64,000 nucleotides of DNA. It comes from Trichosphaerium sp. ATCC 40318. Its lineage: Eukaryota; Protista; Tubulinea. The notes beneath the pieces were generated by a model. The model saw only the letters and a list, made by a program, of their open reading frames with translations, was not told where the DNA came from and searched no databases. The position numbers and the translations under genes are program-made. Each line of letters begins with the position of its first letter. Position 1 is the first letter of the stretch. The DNA lies in the NCBI GenBank assembly GCA_038496445.1, contig JALMLS010000299.1, positions 124,001-188,000 on the forward strand, given 5' to 3'. Of the stretch, positions 24,352 through 37,186 are shown in pieces.

Positions 24352-25612
24352 TTATTTACAATCATACTTTGGCAACAGCTTACTCTTTTTGAAATACGAA
24401 CACAGCATAGAGATCTACAAAAAAAGTTAATTAACATACGTGCCACGTGCACATACTCAAGATGTCCCGTTGTTCTTGCTTGAATTGCCCACGTATGTTT
24501 ATATCCTTCAAAGACTGCGCATAATTTTTCTTGTTGTCTAGTGAAGGTAAGTGGCATGAAGTCAAACTGGTTATGCTCACCTTCGTAGTAATCTGAGCAA
24601 TTAACTATTTCTATCAATTTTAATCCAACGTCATTGCACAGCCTAAAGGAGGTTGATTTAAAAGAAGGATTTGCCTTAGGTACCTAATCAGTGTTGGAAA
24701 GTGTATCAAGTACAGCTGCGCGTGAATGCCCTCCATTATGTGCGTATACTTTGATCCCACGCTCACAAAATCAGTGGGCACATGGAGTTCCACCAATCCA
24801 TTTGGTGTTTGTATTGTGGTACTTCGCTGGCCTACACAATGAGAATGAGTAAGCAATACAACAAGCGTATTTACCTTGCTTGCTTGACTTCTGCGCCCTA
24901 TTCCAAATTTCCGAGCTACGTTGTGATAAGAGTGTCAAGGTATTATTTTGTCTCTTTTTTGACTTACCTGTCCGGGCATAAACCAAAAAAGTAACCATCA
25001 GGCTTCAGTAGAGCTGCAGCGGCCTTGATAATATTCCTCAAGGAAGCAATCTCATTGCTTTCAAGTGCCAAACCCTCAAAGCAACTGACACATGAGCACG
25101 ACTCCAATCCCACACCATTACTTCTAAGAGCAGCTATGCGTCCTTGCTACAAACGTTAACAAAGATGACAACAGAAAACATACCTCTGTCAAATCAAGAT
25201 TTATAAAGTCCGCTTTGAATGGCATATCTGAAATGCTAGTTTAGCTTGTGAGGACTAATTGTGACGTACTCTTCTGCTGCCACCGCCCTTTGGCTTCTTG
25301 GAGTAGCTCAGCAGAGTTATCTATACTTGTTTAACATAATACAAGAAATTATACATACCAACGGCAATTAGCCTCGAAACTTTCGCTCTTTCCCATTTAC
25401 CAATGTCCTGGCCATTTCGTACGAATAATTGTGCAGCTTATTACAATTATACCCAAAAAAAGTACCTAGTAAGCATACCTGTGGCGTCTGGTTGCGAAAA
25501 TTCGCGTATAAGCACCTCTCTTTAATAAATAAGCGTTTAAATACAAAAACATACGAATCTACCTTATCCAATTCTGACACGCTCTAAACTGCCAAACAGG
25601 CGTATTTATCAT
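24352..25612 (-). CDS. mRNA cap guanine-N7 methyltransferase-like, resembling the plant 'type 2' paralogue; start approximate
   Basis: QFRACQNWIR, DIGKWERAKV..IAVD, LLKPDGYFFGLCPDSSEIW, YLIHFPTLIR. Confidence 0.75.
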
Positions 25613-25672
25613 TATATTAGAACCAAACTGTCCAAACACCAACTTAACCTGCTAAGTCAAGGTTTTCTTACT

Positions 25673-25698
25673 TTTGACACATTGCGCAATGTGTCAAA
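25673..25698. repeat. Perfect 26-bp palindrome TTTGACACATTGCGCAATGTGTCAAA
   Basis: Self-reverse-complementary; lies between two minus-strand genes. Confidence 0.95.
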
Positions 25699-25721
25699 CT
25701 TTATTTTTATCTGGCTTTGCT

Positions 25722-28103
25722 TTAAAGTTTATTATGTACATTGATTTCTACGGCTTGATCAAGAACATAAGTCTTAGGTTCTGTTGTCTTGTCAATTAAT
25801 CTAAAATTTCGTAGTTTGAATAGGCCAGCTACTAATGCAACAAATTCGATTGTTGTATTGTATTCACTGTGGCTGTCGATTTTACTAGTAATAACTGTCA
25901 GTCAACTAACTTTTTATCGGAAATACTCAAAAAGGTAGTACCCAAGGTTGATAAGCCTGTCAACGCAAAATATCTTTGGTGCTTTCTTTTTATTTTTGAA
26001 CTGGTCAAACGGGGAACGTTTACCGTTGTGCTCAGCTGGTTGTGTCTCCTAGCTTATGTTAGGAGGTTTAATATTAATTGAAACAGTACTTCTTCATTAG
26101 TTTCTTCCATTGAATCAAATCCTGGTAGCGGTACTTCAAGTTGTAGTGTACGAGGGTACTTGGCCAAATTAGAGATAGTTATTCCTAATGTAAAGGTATC
26201 GCAAGCGCGGATTGGGGTAGAAGGTAACGAAAAGGAAACCTGAATTAAACTTAGTATTGTATTGTTAATATATTGCCGCACTCTAAGATCCTTTGTATCT
26301 GTTTCTGGAAGAACAATATCGGTCTGAGATGTAATTGTTTCGGACAATGAGTTATTGCTAGTTCACATCAGCTCGTAGAAATACAACTAATGTCACTTAC
26401 CGCCAAGTAATTAGTAAGGATGTCAGTACCTCGCATTCGCTGATATCGGGTTTATCAATTGCAGACAGAGTATCTACTATGAGAACAAAACTATGCTCTT
26501 CTCCAGCCAAAAGTGTAAGAGGTACTTTTGGCTACAGAAAAATTGAGTTAAAGGCCACTAAGCATCTACTTTCTCAACGTACCTCTTGAACTGAGAGATT
26601 ATAATAGTCAGTAAGGTTAAATGGCATTTCTGATTTGCCTTCGAGACAGGCATGTTGCTGTAACTCGACATGAGTTATATACAGAGGCTTTGTATGTGCG
26701 TTTTTCGCTGTTGCTTGTATATAGTATTTATCCATTATTCTCTGAGGTTTACCAACTGACACCTAGTTTCCATAAGCTTTGTTTAGTTGCTTGTGTACGT
26801 ACACGCAGTGGTTGTATTAATTTAACACCAAGACCAATGTGTAGAGGAGAAAAACGCGTTTCTTTGAAAGTTGTTCCAATATCACCAATGATATTGCGAA
26901 GTACTTATTTTAGGGTAAGTACAGAATTGAATTTAAGCACAATACCTTGCTGTGGATCAGCACTAATCTTTGTAGATGGTAAAATGGTAATAATCAACGT
27001 CATTCGTTGCCCTGTAAATCTAGGACGCAAAGCTACAACCAATTTAAACAAAGGAGAATCTAAAACAAGTCATCCGCACCGACATGAGTTTTTACTTCAT
27101 AAATGATATTACCATTCTCCAAAACTGCACAAGGTGTCATGTCACTAGAAAATTGGACAACTTGCTAAAACGAAAAGCATGAGCTACACCTAATATAAAA
27201 ACAAACGTACAATTTCTTCATCATTTTTGGTGACAGCTGTCTACAATGTTGTGTCAAAACAAACAGGTTACCACAAGTAAATAAATCGAACTCACGGTGT
27301 GTTGGTAGTTGGCATGTTTGTGGGCGCGGTGTTGTACTGTTGTGGATTTCACAGACATGTAAAAGTTTTTTGATGGATAAGTATCAAGCTTCTTCTCCTT
27401 ACAAAACTCAATACGTAATTTTAAGTTCGAAAAGAGATTAGCAAGCTCCTTGCGGCTCTGTAAATTTTGTGGGGATTTCTTGACATCTGACGGCTTGATA
27501 CTAAGTACTTGATTAGCGTGTAAATTAGTTTTTGTACGAACGTCTTAATTTGTAACTTCCTTTTGTCTGTGCCGCGATTCTTTGTTTTGTCCTATAGACA
27601 AGTAAGGTGCCACTCAAGTTAGAAGCGAATTGCGGTACTTTAGAAGGTGAGGGAGGTTGTGATGAGCTTTTGCCATTTTGCGTCTTGTCGTCATCTGAAT
27701 TATTCCGTTTGAGGTCTTTCTTTCCAGTTTCTGTAGCGTTGAGAGAGTGGGAGCGTGGCCTAATAATAAGGTATTTTTAAAATGCTAGTGTCAACGCACC
27801 TATGAACACGAGGTTTAGGTTTTGTTGCCAACGCCTCCTTGCTACCGGACTTTATAATAAATGAACGTTTAACTGGGGCCAACAGACTTTCACCATCAAG
27901 ACGCGAATAAACGTCTGCTAAATGAACCACAGCGTACACGCGTAATAGTTCACCTAAAACAATTAATTATTGCTTGTAAGCGCTTATTTACCTTGTATAA
28001 CATATTGACGCGAATTCTTCCAGTTGTAGGTAGAAAAATCGGTTATAGGCTCGTGTGGGATACATAACTCAATGACTGGCAGCTCAAACTGCTTCTGTGT
28101 CAT
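25722..28103 (-). CDS. TRAPP II subunit Trs65/TRAPPC14-like, multi-exon
   Basis: N-terminal RQYVIQGELLRVYAVV; C-terminal Ig-like FTLGITISNL..LCVDRLINLG..LFKLRNFRLID. Confidence 0.55.
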
Positions 28104-28262
28104 AGTGAAACGTGTTGTTCAATTTTACCACTTCAACAATGATGTTTTGCGAGCTTCATTCGTTTCACAAGGCTTATTTTACAAAACTTGACGGCAAGCG
28201 CAAAACTTTTTTAACTCTTGCTTAAATAAAGTACTTAACCCGCTGAACTCAACACTGTGACC

Positions 28263-28922
28263 ATGCTTTGCCGTATTAGTAAGTTAACTCAAAGAGCCTC
28301 ATACCGCTCTACTGTTTCTCCACGTAAAACTGTAAGCGTAAGGAGAGTTAATGCCGTACAAACACGCGCATTCACTACAGTACGAGATATTTCTCCTTTT
28401 CATCGCAGTTGTAGTTAATATGTTCTACAGAGCAATGTATTGCAGGGAACCAGGTTGAGACCATTGGCAGATCGCGTTTTGGTTTCGCCAGTAAAATCTG
28501 AGGAAAACGAAATTGGTGGAATTGTTTTACCAGATTCAGTCAAAAAAGACGCTCCAAACGAAGGTAGATACCATAGCGCACTATTCCCGCCGTTTTTTTA
28601 TTTATTTATTGTACTAGGTACTGTTGTATCCGTTGGACCTGGTAAAGTTACCGAAGACGGTAAAGTATTACCAATGAACGTCAAAATTGGTACGTGACAC
28701 TCCATTATTGGATTTGTTTGAATTATTATTAATAACATCTTCGCATTTTTTTTTTCAACCTACTTACTCGTTGTAGGCGACAAAGTTTTGCTCCCAGAGT
28801 ACGGTGGAAGTTCAATCACCCTCGATGAAAACAAAGAGTACATCATGTTGCGCGAAGCGGAAATCCTTGGCATATTGGAGGAGTACGATGGCAACGAATT
28901 ACCTGACCTCAAAACGCAATAG
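28263..28922 (+). CDS. HSP10: Mitochondrial co-chaperonin Hsp10/GroES with N-terminal presequence
   Basis: LRPLADRVLV, GGIVLPDS, VVSVGPG, GDKVLLPEYGG, MLREAEILGIL; first exon Arg/Ser/Thr-rich with no acidic residues. Confidence 0.92.
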
Positions 28923-28984
28923 GGAGCCATAAACGCAAATGTAAAAAACAATGCACAGCAAGAACATGTCCAGGTTTAATAACC

Positions 28985-31029
28985 TCAGACCGTTTGTTCC
29001 AACGATTGGTTTCTTGATAGTACTCGATAACTTGATAAATCAAAAAAAAACTTGATCCACACTCTGTTCTACGTTGCTTTTATAGCATACATCTTCGTAA
29101 AAAGGGATACAGCTTGTCTACTCCGACAGCTTGTGCGATTAAAGTCTCTACAAAATCCTCAACTTCGATGTCTCTGATTGCTTGTACGTCCGCTAGTTTG
29201 TCAGACACGATGTCGCCTAGCACACCGGTGAGCAATCTATTCTATATATATATTCTTTCTCTTTTGTATTTTTTTGGTTTTTGTTTGAAAAAAAAAACCT
29301 GTTTGTTTTGAGACTATAACACACCTTCGAACATTTGTAGCCTCTTAAGTCGGCGTAGTGTGAAAGCTACATCACGGTTTAGGTCAATATTTCGTTTTTC
29401 CGCAAGATATTCTGGGGTGACATGTTTCACTACGTGACAAAGCTCCTTGTCTTCCCATGCCGCCAAGTACTATTGGCAGGTTAATAACGGAAAAAAGACA
29501 TGCACAAATACTCGTACTTTAAACTCATCGTGCAGTGGCTGCCATCGCGTATCAACAATTCGTTGAGTGATTTTTTGATGGTCACCATAAATTTTTTCTA
29601 GGAGTGCCTTCAAAAATAGTAGAGTAGCAGCTTTATGCTCCTTAGGATCTTCTATTGTGTCTATGTTCAGCGGCTGCTTCTCATATAAAATAGACATTGC
29701 TTGATCAACACCGCTGTCAGAGAGGGAAGCAATCGATACTAGCGTTAAGTTATTAACTCCATAAAAAAAATTTTAAGTCGTGCCTGAAGGTGTTAAAGCG
29801 TGAACCTTGTGCCACCAGTACGGTGGAATATATAATACGTCTCCTGGCTCAACAATAGCCTACAAAATTTTTTGGCATTTTTGCGTGTCACAATGTCAAT
29901 GTGTACCTCATATGCGTTGATGTTCGCGTACTCTGGTGTCTTGGTCAAATCAGGCGAGTCAAAATTCACTTGTGATTTTCTAGTAGCTGGATGTACACGA
30001 GGGTATAAATAAAGCTTGGAGTATTCTGTTGGTGGGTAGAGCACAAACCGTTTTCTCAAAATAATCTTAAAAAACGAAGGTATGACATATGGAATTTTAC
30101 CTTCCTGACACTTGTATATAAAAGTTGTGGTCCATGTCGTAATGAATAGGTGGCCCTACATCAGCTCCACCAAGCCATATCCAGTGCGATGACGCTTTCT
30201 GGTCCAAGTCAGTTATAAAAGTGAAATTGCCTTCCTCGATGTCATTCTCCAATTCTCCATCTATTAATCCAAGGTGGTAATAATATTGAACTGATAAGAT
30301 TTATTAAAAAGCACTATTTAATATTTAAGTACCGTCTTTAGGGTCGTTGATATGGCGTATCAAATCTTCCGCGGTCATTTGCAATGTGTCAAAATTTAAC
30401 CTTGTTCAAGTTAAAATGTATAAATGTTTATCAGCTTACCATGGAATACTGGCTGTCACGTTGTCAAATTGCCTGGCTTTTGACATTGACGCTCCTTCAT
30501 AGGCTTGCCCCATGGCTGGATACGCACCACGTTTTACTTCCAGAGTACCAAGTGCCGACTGGTTACTTTGAGAATAAGTCAAATCAGGAGTAGTACACGC
30601 ACCCCAAGGTAATTTGTGTCAAATCTCCATTTCTTGATGGCTTGCCAGTTTGAGGCTTTTCTACTTGAATTACACACTTCAGTGGCGATTGGGCGTACGT
30701 GTTTTGTAGCACGACAGGCGTGCGCATTTTTGCAAGAGATTTTGTAAAAGGAAGTTCTGGGTTCCACCGCATTCGTTCAATGCGCGTAAAATTAAGGTTC
30801 AAGAGACTCCATGATTGCGCATCGTTTCTGTAATTTTATTTTATTTACAATTATGTACTGTTACGCGTTAGTACCTGCTATGGCTTTGTTTTGTAGGAAC
30901 AGGAGCGTCTGGAAGGCTAATAACAAATACAACACCTACTAAAATGCTTATTAAAGCGATACCAACGGCAATGGAACCAATAGAGCAACAGCCTTTCGCA
31001 GCAGGCGTTGCTTGCTTTTTTGAGCTCAT
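28985..31029 (-). CDS. FIH-like JmjC/cupin 2-oxoglutarate oxygenase with N-terminal signal anchor
   Basis: APIHYDMDHNFYIQVSGRKRF, KSQVNFDSPD, VEPGDVLYIPPYWWHKV (HxD...H); N-terminal IAVGIALISILVGVVFVISL. Confidence 0.85.
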
Positions 31030-31123
31030 GGGAACACTGGGCTCTAAAACACTTAACCAAAATCGCAGCTAAGCTCCCGTTGCAACAGTGATAACGGTTA
31101 CACCACAATGTTGAAGCAAGCGG

Positions 31124-33404
31124 ATGTACCCAGTGATAATTTTAAAGACGAAGAGAGAATTGTTACTGTTCTACTTGAAAGTTCTGCTCCAACCGAACTA
31201 AAGCTCGCTTGCAAGTATTTGTGGCAAAAGAGCTGCGAGTCATGTACTACTTGCTAATCTGGTCCATGTGCTAACGTTTTTATAGGGAAAGTGGCTGTAT
31301 GTATAGGACAAAGCAGGAAAATGATGCCAGGCATATTAAAGTACTTTGTTTTAGTCAGAACCACCTTTCGGTTTTAATTGTAGAGTTATTTGACATTCAA
31401 CAAGGTGTTGTAGTTCGCCATTGCCACACGTCCAGGCAATTGCGTTACACTTGGTGTGGAATTTGAGCGCATACGAAAAAAACAAGCGTACGCCCTTTCT
31501 ATAGCATTAACAACGCATAGCGCTCGGTTTCACTCGTTTTTAATAAGTAAGGAGTCAAAACCCTAACGCATGTAGCAACTCTCGTTGAAAGCGGTATATT
31601 ACCGATCCTACTAGATCAGGGACTGAGATCTAAAACCCATGATGTTACGTCGAGTAGTTTGGCCATAATTCAGAACATTAGCGAGTCGAGATTTGCTTCA
31701 GGCACGCACGCGAATCGAGTTTTCATTTTGTAGAGTACTCACACTTTCGAATCTAAAACCGAGAATAGGTATGGAGAACCCGCATCTAGTCCGTATAGCT
31801 CAAGAAGGTATACAGCCCTGTGTAAGCTCCGAGTTAACTTGTGCGTAGGAATGCTCAGCGCTTTGGTACGGTTTACGAAAGCGCCTTATTCGTTGGAAAG
31901 CCGATTCCGGGCTGTTATGTCGATGGCGAACCTCTCTTGCCACCGTAAGCCCGTAGTTTTTTTGCACCATCTAAATCTTTTTTTAGCTCAAAATCGTATA
32001 TTTTTCGAGCAAGCAAAATGTAGAGAGTTAATCAGTGACTTTGTACAAAACGATGGCCCTGAGCTAGCAGCAAAGGTCATAAAACTTAACCAAATTTAAA
32101 AAAAAACTAAACTAAACGAGTAGGAAGCCACATGGAATTCGTGGTTGGGTCTTCAACCGTTTATTCCACTCTTAGACTCAAGCTTCTCCGAAGTAGCTTT
32201 ACTGGGTATATTTTGCGTTTCAAAGTTTAGCTCTCTTCGTACGTGCAGTTTTCTATCATTTTATATGCAAAATGTTAAAATTGTTTTTTAGACGATTACC
32301 ACTCCAAGATTTGGAGAGATCTCAGCAAGAATAATGGCATCAAAACTATCATCAGGTTGGCCCAGAAAACTCATAACCTCACGCGAAAGTACGCTCAAAT
32401 GACGTGCGATAACTTGAATATTGCCTGTAAGTTCAATCACATTACTTATATTGCTATTGCTGATATTTTTTCAGATGATAAAGATTCTATTTGTGTTCCG
32501 CCTAGTACACTCGAGAATGATATGAAAGCCTTATTTGAGTATGTTCTTACTCTTATTCACTTCGCCAATGTACCTTTAGACAATCGCAAACCGACCAAGA
32601 CAGTACCTTTATGGCTCGACCGGATGTAGTTATAGTGGCAGGGACAGAGCGTATTTATGCTCACCAATTCATCTTGTGCTGGAGGTGTGATTACTTCAAA
32701 GTCAGGTAAGGCAAAGGCAAACCGTACCAACATAACGAGCAAAAAGGCTATCTGAATCATGGAAAAAGAGCTCCTGCGAGATAAAAGATAATATGATATC
32801 TGTTGAAGTTCATGGCGTAACAGCTCAGGTTCGGTTATTTGGTAAGCTTTATGTCTTACAAGGTTTAAGGACATTCGCCCTTGTATAGAGTTTATATATA
32901 CTGGGTTTGTACAATTGGATTGGAGTGTTGTTGTTGGTGTTATGGGTACTTAACATGTACATTTTTTGTGACAGCACTAACATTATACATTTTAGAAGCA
33001 GCTGATATGTTTGGTTTAAATCGCTTAAAGATTATGTGTGAGGATGTCATAGCACAGGGCTTAACCAAGGATAATATTGATGAGTTATTGGTGCGGTTCA
33101 ATTGCGTATTTAGCGATATCTTATTGGGCACATAGGTTGTAGCGGATCGTTTCATGGCCAAGAATCTAACCACAAAATGTATGGATTTTGTAGCTAGGTA
33201 TATGACTGATGAAGAACGACTAGCATTCATTACGAGACACGTGCGCGATATTGTTACATTTGTTAATTCTGACTTTAACAACTAAAGGATAAGAGAGTAG
33301 CGAGCGAAGTTGAGGTTGCTGTTGTAAAGGAAGAAATACGTAAAAAAGATTGGGAAAATGCCAAGGATACGGTACTTCAGTCTATGGAACTAGACTATAA
33401 CTGA
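31124..33404 (+). CDS. Armadillo-repeat + BTB protein, multi-exon
   Basis: ARM-like ALHLVWNLS, AIIQNISE, AVMSMANLS; BTB VPPSTLENDMKALF..IYAHQFILCWRCDYF..ADMFGLNRLKIMCE. Confidence 0.7.
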
Positions 33405-33461
33405 GCGAACATACGCACAGTAACGATGTAAATAGTAGTTTTATTGTATAATCAAGCTGTT

Positions 33462-34841
33462 TATAGTTCAGGAATGATCAAAGCTAAGGACTAGAACAAC
33501 GTTAGTGAGTAATAAGACGCTACTCTTTCCTTTTGTGCTGAACTTCGTGAATCTGGATTCCACTGTAGCAACTCAGTCAAACAAGTGACGATAACCTCAC
33601 TTGCGTTTGTAAATACTGCCTCAAGTCAGTATTAATTTTCGTTGATTCGTACTCTTGTTGAGAGGTATTTTGTCATGCTAGGAGCATCAGAAGTAATAGA
33701 AAAGTAACACCTTACTTGTCCAAAGTTAAAGCCTCGCGCTGAAGCAAGCTGGCAACCAATTGGCCAACTAGTTGCAGTAGGCGGCCCTAACACTTCTGAA
33801 ATCTAATGGTGGTAAACTAACATTAGATAAGAGTATTACGTTGTTGAGTTGAGCAGCCGCTGATTTACCAATAAACAAAGGCTCAAGAAGATAGATTTCT
33901 CCAATTATAGCTCCAGCCGACCTAAAAGACGTAATGAGAAAATAATAGGAATGGCGTACCACATATCGACCTAGAATGCATAAACACAACTATACAGTGT
34001 AAATACTAACCGCTTCAGAGTAGTCTCGATTTCCAAGTAGTAACTCGGGTGCTCTATACCAACGTGTTGTTACGTATGTAGAGTATGGTGGTGTATTTTT
34101 CCTCGCAGCGTTACCGAAATCTGCCAAGTACAAGTGATTTGAAGCCTTTTTTTGGTTATAAACGTTTGTGGCATTGAGTTCATACCGAAACGAGTATGTT
34201 TTCTGGCTTTAGATCTAAAGGACAGCTTGTCAGAGTAGCGGTATAAACAGCAGTACCTCTGTGCATAAATCCACACTTGTGTAAACTTGAAATTGATGCG
34301 AGTAGTTGAATTCTACTCGTATGTTCAGCATGCGGTATGGTAGCTAACAACACTCACACAAGCGCTTGAATGCTTTTTGTAGGTAGTGGAGAGCTTTGTC
34401 GGGACAAGAGCGCTGCAAGGTCTTGCTCAACCTATGACAGTTAGGCTACTATCACTGCAAGTTGTACAACGTATTTAAAGACCAAGTAGATGTAGTTGTT
34501 CTCCTTGATCATTGCTCGTAGTGATACAATGTTAGGACAATGACGTGTTGCGTACAGAACCTTACAAGATAAATAACAATATAAATAATGAGATTACCTG
34601 CACTTCTGGTAATGCTAAGCATGCTAAAAAATCTTGTTCGCGTTCTTTCAACTTTTTGATTGCCACCTACGCCAAGCATTGAATGTTTCATTTGTTACTA
34701 CATAAGATATTTTACCTTTTCTTTCGTCCTTTTGTCTGTGGCCAAGAACACAGAAGATGAAACGCCCTCACCTATCTAATAGTAAATGAGCAATGTGCTT
34801 GTAGTTTTTCTCACTTTTGATAGCACTGCGTAGCTTTCCAT
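33462..34841 (-). CDS. CMGC Ser/Thr kinase, MAK/ICK/MOK-like; 3' end approximate
   Basis: IGEG, VAIKK, HRDLKPENILV, LADFG, PYSTYVTTRWYRAPELLL, PLFIG. Confidence 0.85.
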
Positions 34842-35082
34842 TGGTGTCGATAACGGCCTTAATTGAAAGCGCTTAAACAATAAAAAAAAGTACAAGCAAG
34901 AATCGCTAGAGGAATCAAAGGTATTGGTCGTTTTGCGTAACTAATTTATGTTTTGAATTGTCTAAGAGTAAGACCATACAGTTTTTAAAGAATAAGACGT
35001 TATCATGTGACTTTTCCCATCCCAAAAGGGACGTTTAGTTTGTCCATCTTTTCTGTTATACACGATAAATGATTTACTTTGA

Positions 35083-36920
35083 TCAACTTACAGTCTCATC
35101 AGTACATGCACCTATCAATACAAAATTCCTTGGTGAAAGCTTTGGATCAAACATTGGAACAATCTTACACTCTACACCATGTTCCTTAAAGTACAGCAAT
35201 CTATCCACCATAATCAAAGTTTCAATTACAGGAGCAAGGGCTGCACGCAAACTCCAATAAGCAATGACTGTCTTTTCCCTATTGAAGAAACATAAGCACA
35301 GGTTTAGAAGGCTCTTCTTAAGTACGTACAATACTGCAAAAGGCTCGTATTCAGAAAGCACTTGTGCTTCATCACTCGGCAGGCCACATTCGGTTGTACG
35401 ACTTTTAGCAAGATTATAGTATGATAAAAATGATTCAGTGTCAAATTTTCTTATGAATCCAACTACCACTGAAGGTAAGATATCTGCAGGAGCATATTTG
35501 CGAATCATGTGTTGCAATATACATCGGAAAAAATGCTTCCTGAATAAACGTTTGCTATGGCTTCCTGCAAATGTGGGTACAGATTGACAACCTGGAATCT
35601 ATATTAGTACAAAAAAACAGTTTTTGACAAGCTAAGTTGTTTCATACCAAGCATTAAAGAGTCTCGGTTCAGTTTGCTCGGATCAAGAGCATTGACGAAC
35701 TTGCTAATGGGATAGCCAAAATTTCCTTCCGGTGAAGTAATCTTGTGGTAGCAACAAGCTACATCAACAAATGCCTTGAATTTATGTCTTAAAAAAATGT
35801 CCATCATGGACGTTGCCAAATCACCACAAGTATGTAATCCTTGGTAAAGAGTTAGCCACTTACAGCAAGTACGTGTGCATACCGAGGAGAATGCTAGATT
35901 CAGGTTTAGCAACAAACTCGGTGGAAGGTTCTTCGCCCTCCGTTTGCTTATTTACAACTTTATACAGGTCCTCATGGCTCATCTGTGGTGTTATAACATC
36001 CGTTATGATTTTAATTTTACCCATGTTTGGGTTCTTTAGGTTTTTGGCAGCTGTAAGATTGTTAAAAATCATTGACTCTTTTATATCTACGTACTAAGCC
36101 AAGCGTCTATATTGCGCATACGTTTAGATGCGCCATTACTATGTATTATGTTTGCATCAATTGAGATAACATTAAGGTTGTGGTGGTATGCGAGCACCTG
36201 AGATAAATAGCCCTTTTGTTGATTTAGCGTCGAGACTTACAGTTTTTTATGTTTGTCCGTACCTTGCCCGATCCTACATCTACTACACTATCGAGACCAT
36301 ACTCTTTAGCGAGTGCCGCAATCGAGTGGGACAAATAGAGCACTTCATGTTTCTTTTTAGGATTCATGCCTCTCATTATACTCTGGTCTATCTTTATCGC
36401 CTTGTAATCACCTGGAATCACTTGTTCGTTATCAAACGCAAGACGACGAGAAGTTCTTGCGCTTTGTTAGATTGGGTGGGAATAAATTGTGTACAAAATG
36501 AAGGATTTCAGAGATTCTGGCCATTCGGTACAATATTTCCCTGTTTGACGCTTAGGATTCGGTTGTGTTGAACTTTGCTTGTACCTGAAGGTATGGCAAC
36601 AAGAGATTCGAATGAAGAGTTTCTGAAATTTAAATAAGATTAGATACAACACGTTGTAACGTGCGTCAGCGGAGATTGCCATTCTTGCGGAATGTCTGCC
36701 CATTGTCCTAACGCAAATAAATTTATTCCCTAGCCTTAATGTAAGCTATGGTAGCCTACATCGCTAACCTTCTTTCTGTGCAAGCTTCCCACGCTATTCA
36801 AGTGTGCCTAGAGTTTATTCAGTTGTAGTTGGTGTATTGTTGAATAATTCGCACTATTATCTCCTCGGCGCGTTGTTTGAGCGCACTAACACAAAGCGGG
36901 TCTTCAGCACGTTCTGCCAT
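35083..36920 (-). CDS. METTL25/RRNAD1-family methyltransferase
   Basis: GMNPKKKHEV, VVDVGSGK, GLHTCGDL, VACCYHKIT, LAPVIETLIMVDRLLY, MFDPKLSPRN. Confidence 0.88.
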
Positions 36921-37186
36921 CGCAAATACTTGGTGTTTTATTGTTAAACCTACTTGAGCTGCCTTGGTGGTGAATTGGGATGGTAGAGTGACTTGTCATG
37001 GCACCAATTTTATTACTGTATTTGACTGCAATTACAACCATTTTTATTTGTAATCTGGCGTAAGGATACCAACTCAAGCAGTGGTGAAACAACGTCATTA
37101 ATAACCGCGCAATAATATTTGAAAAGTGTACAAATCGCGAAAGCGTACCTCAACCTTGATCAGGTGTAAAACTGCACGTTTACAAA

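Noticed and set aside
28238-28249. ACCCGCTGAACT, matching the 5' end of LSU rRNA
   Set aside because: Only 12 nt with no flanking rRNA similarity; chance match in a promoter.
37060-37069. GTATCCTTAC on the minus strand
   Set aside because: Lies in the intergenic spacer upstream of the METTL25-like ATG; no supported intron.
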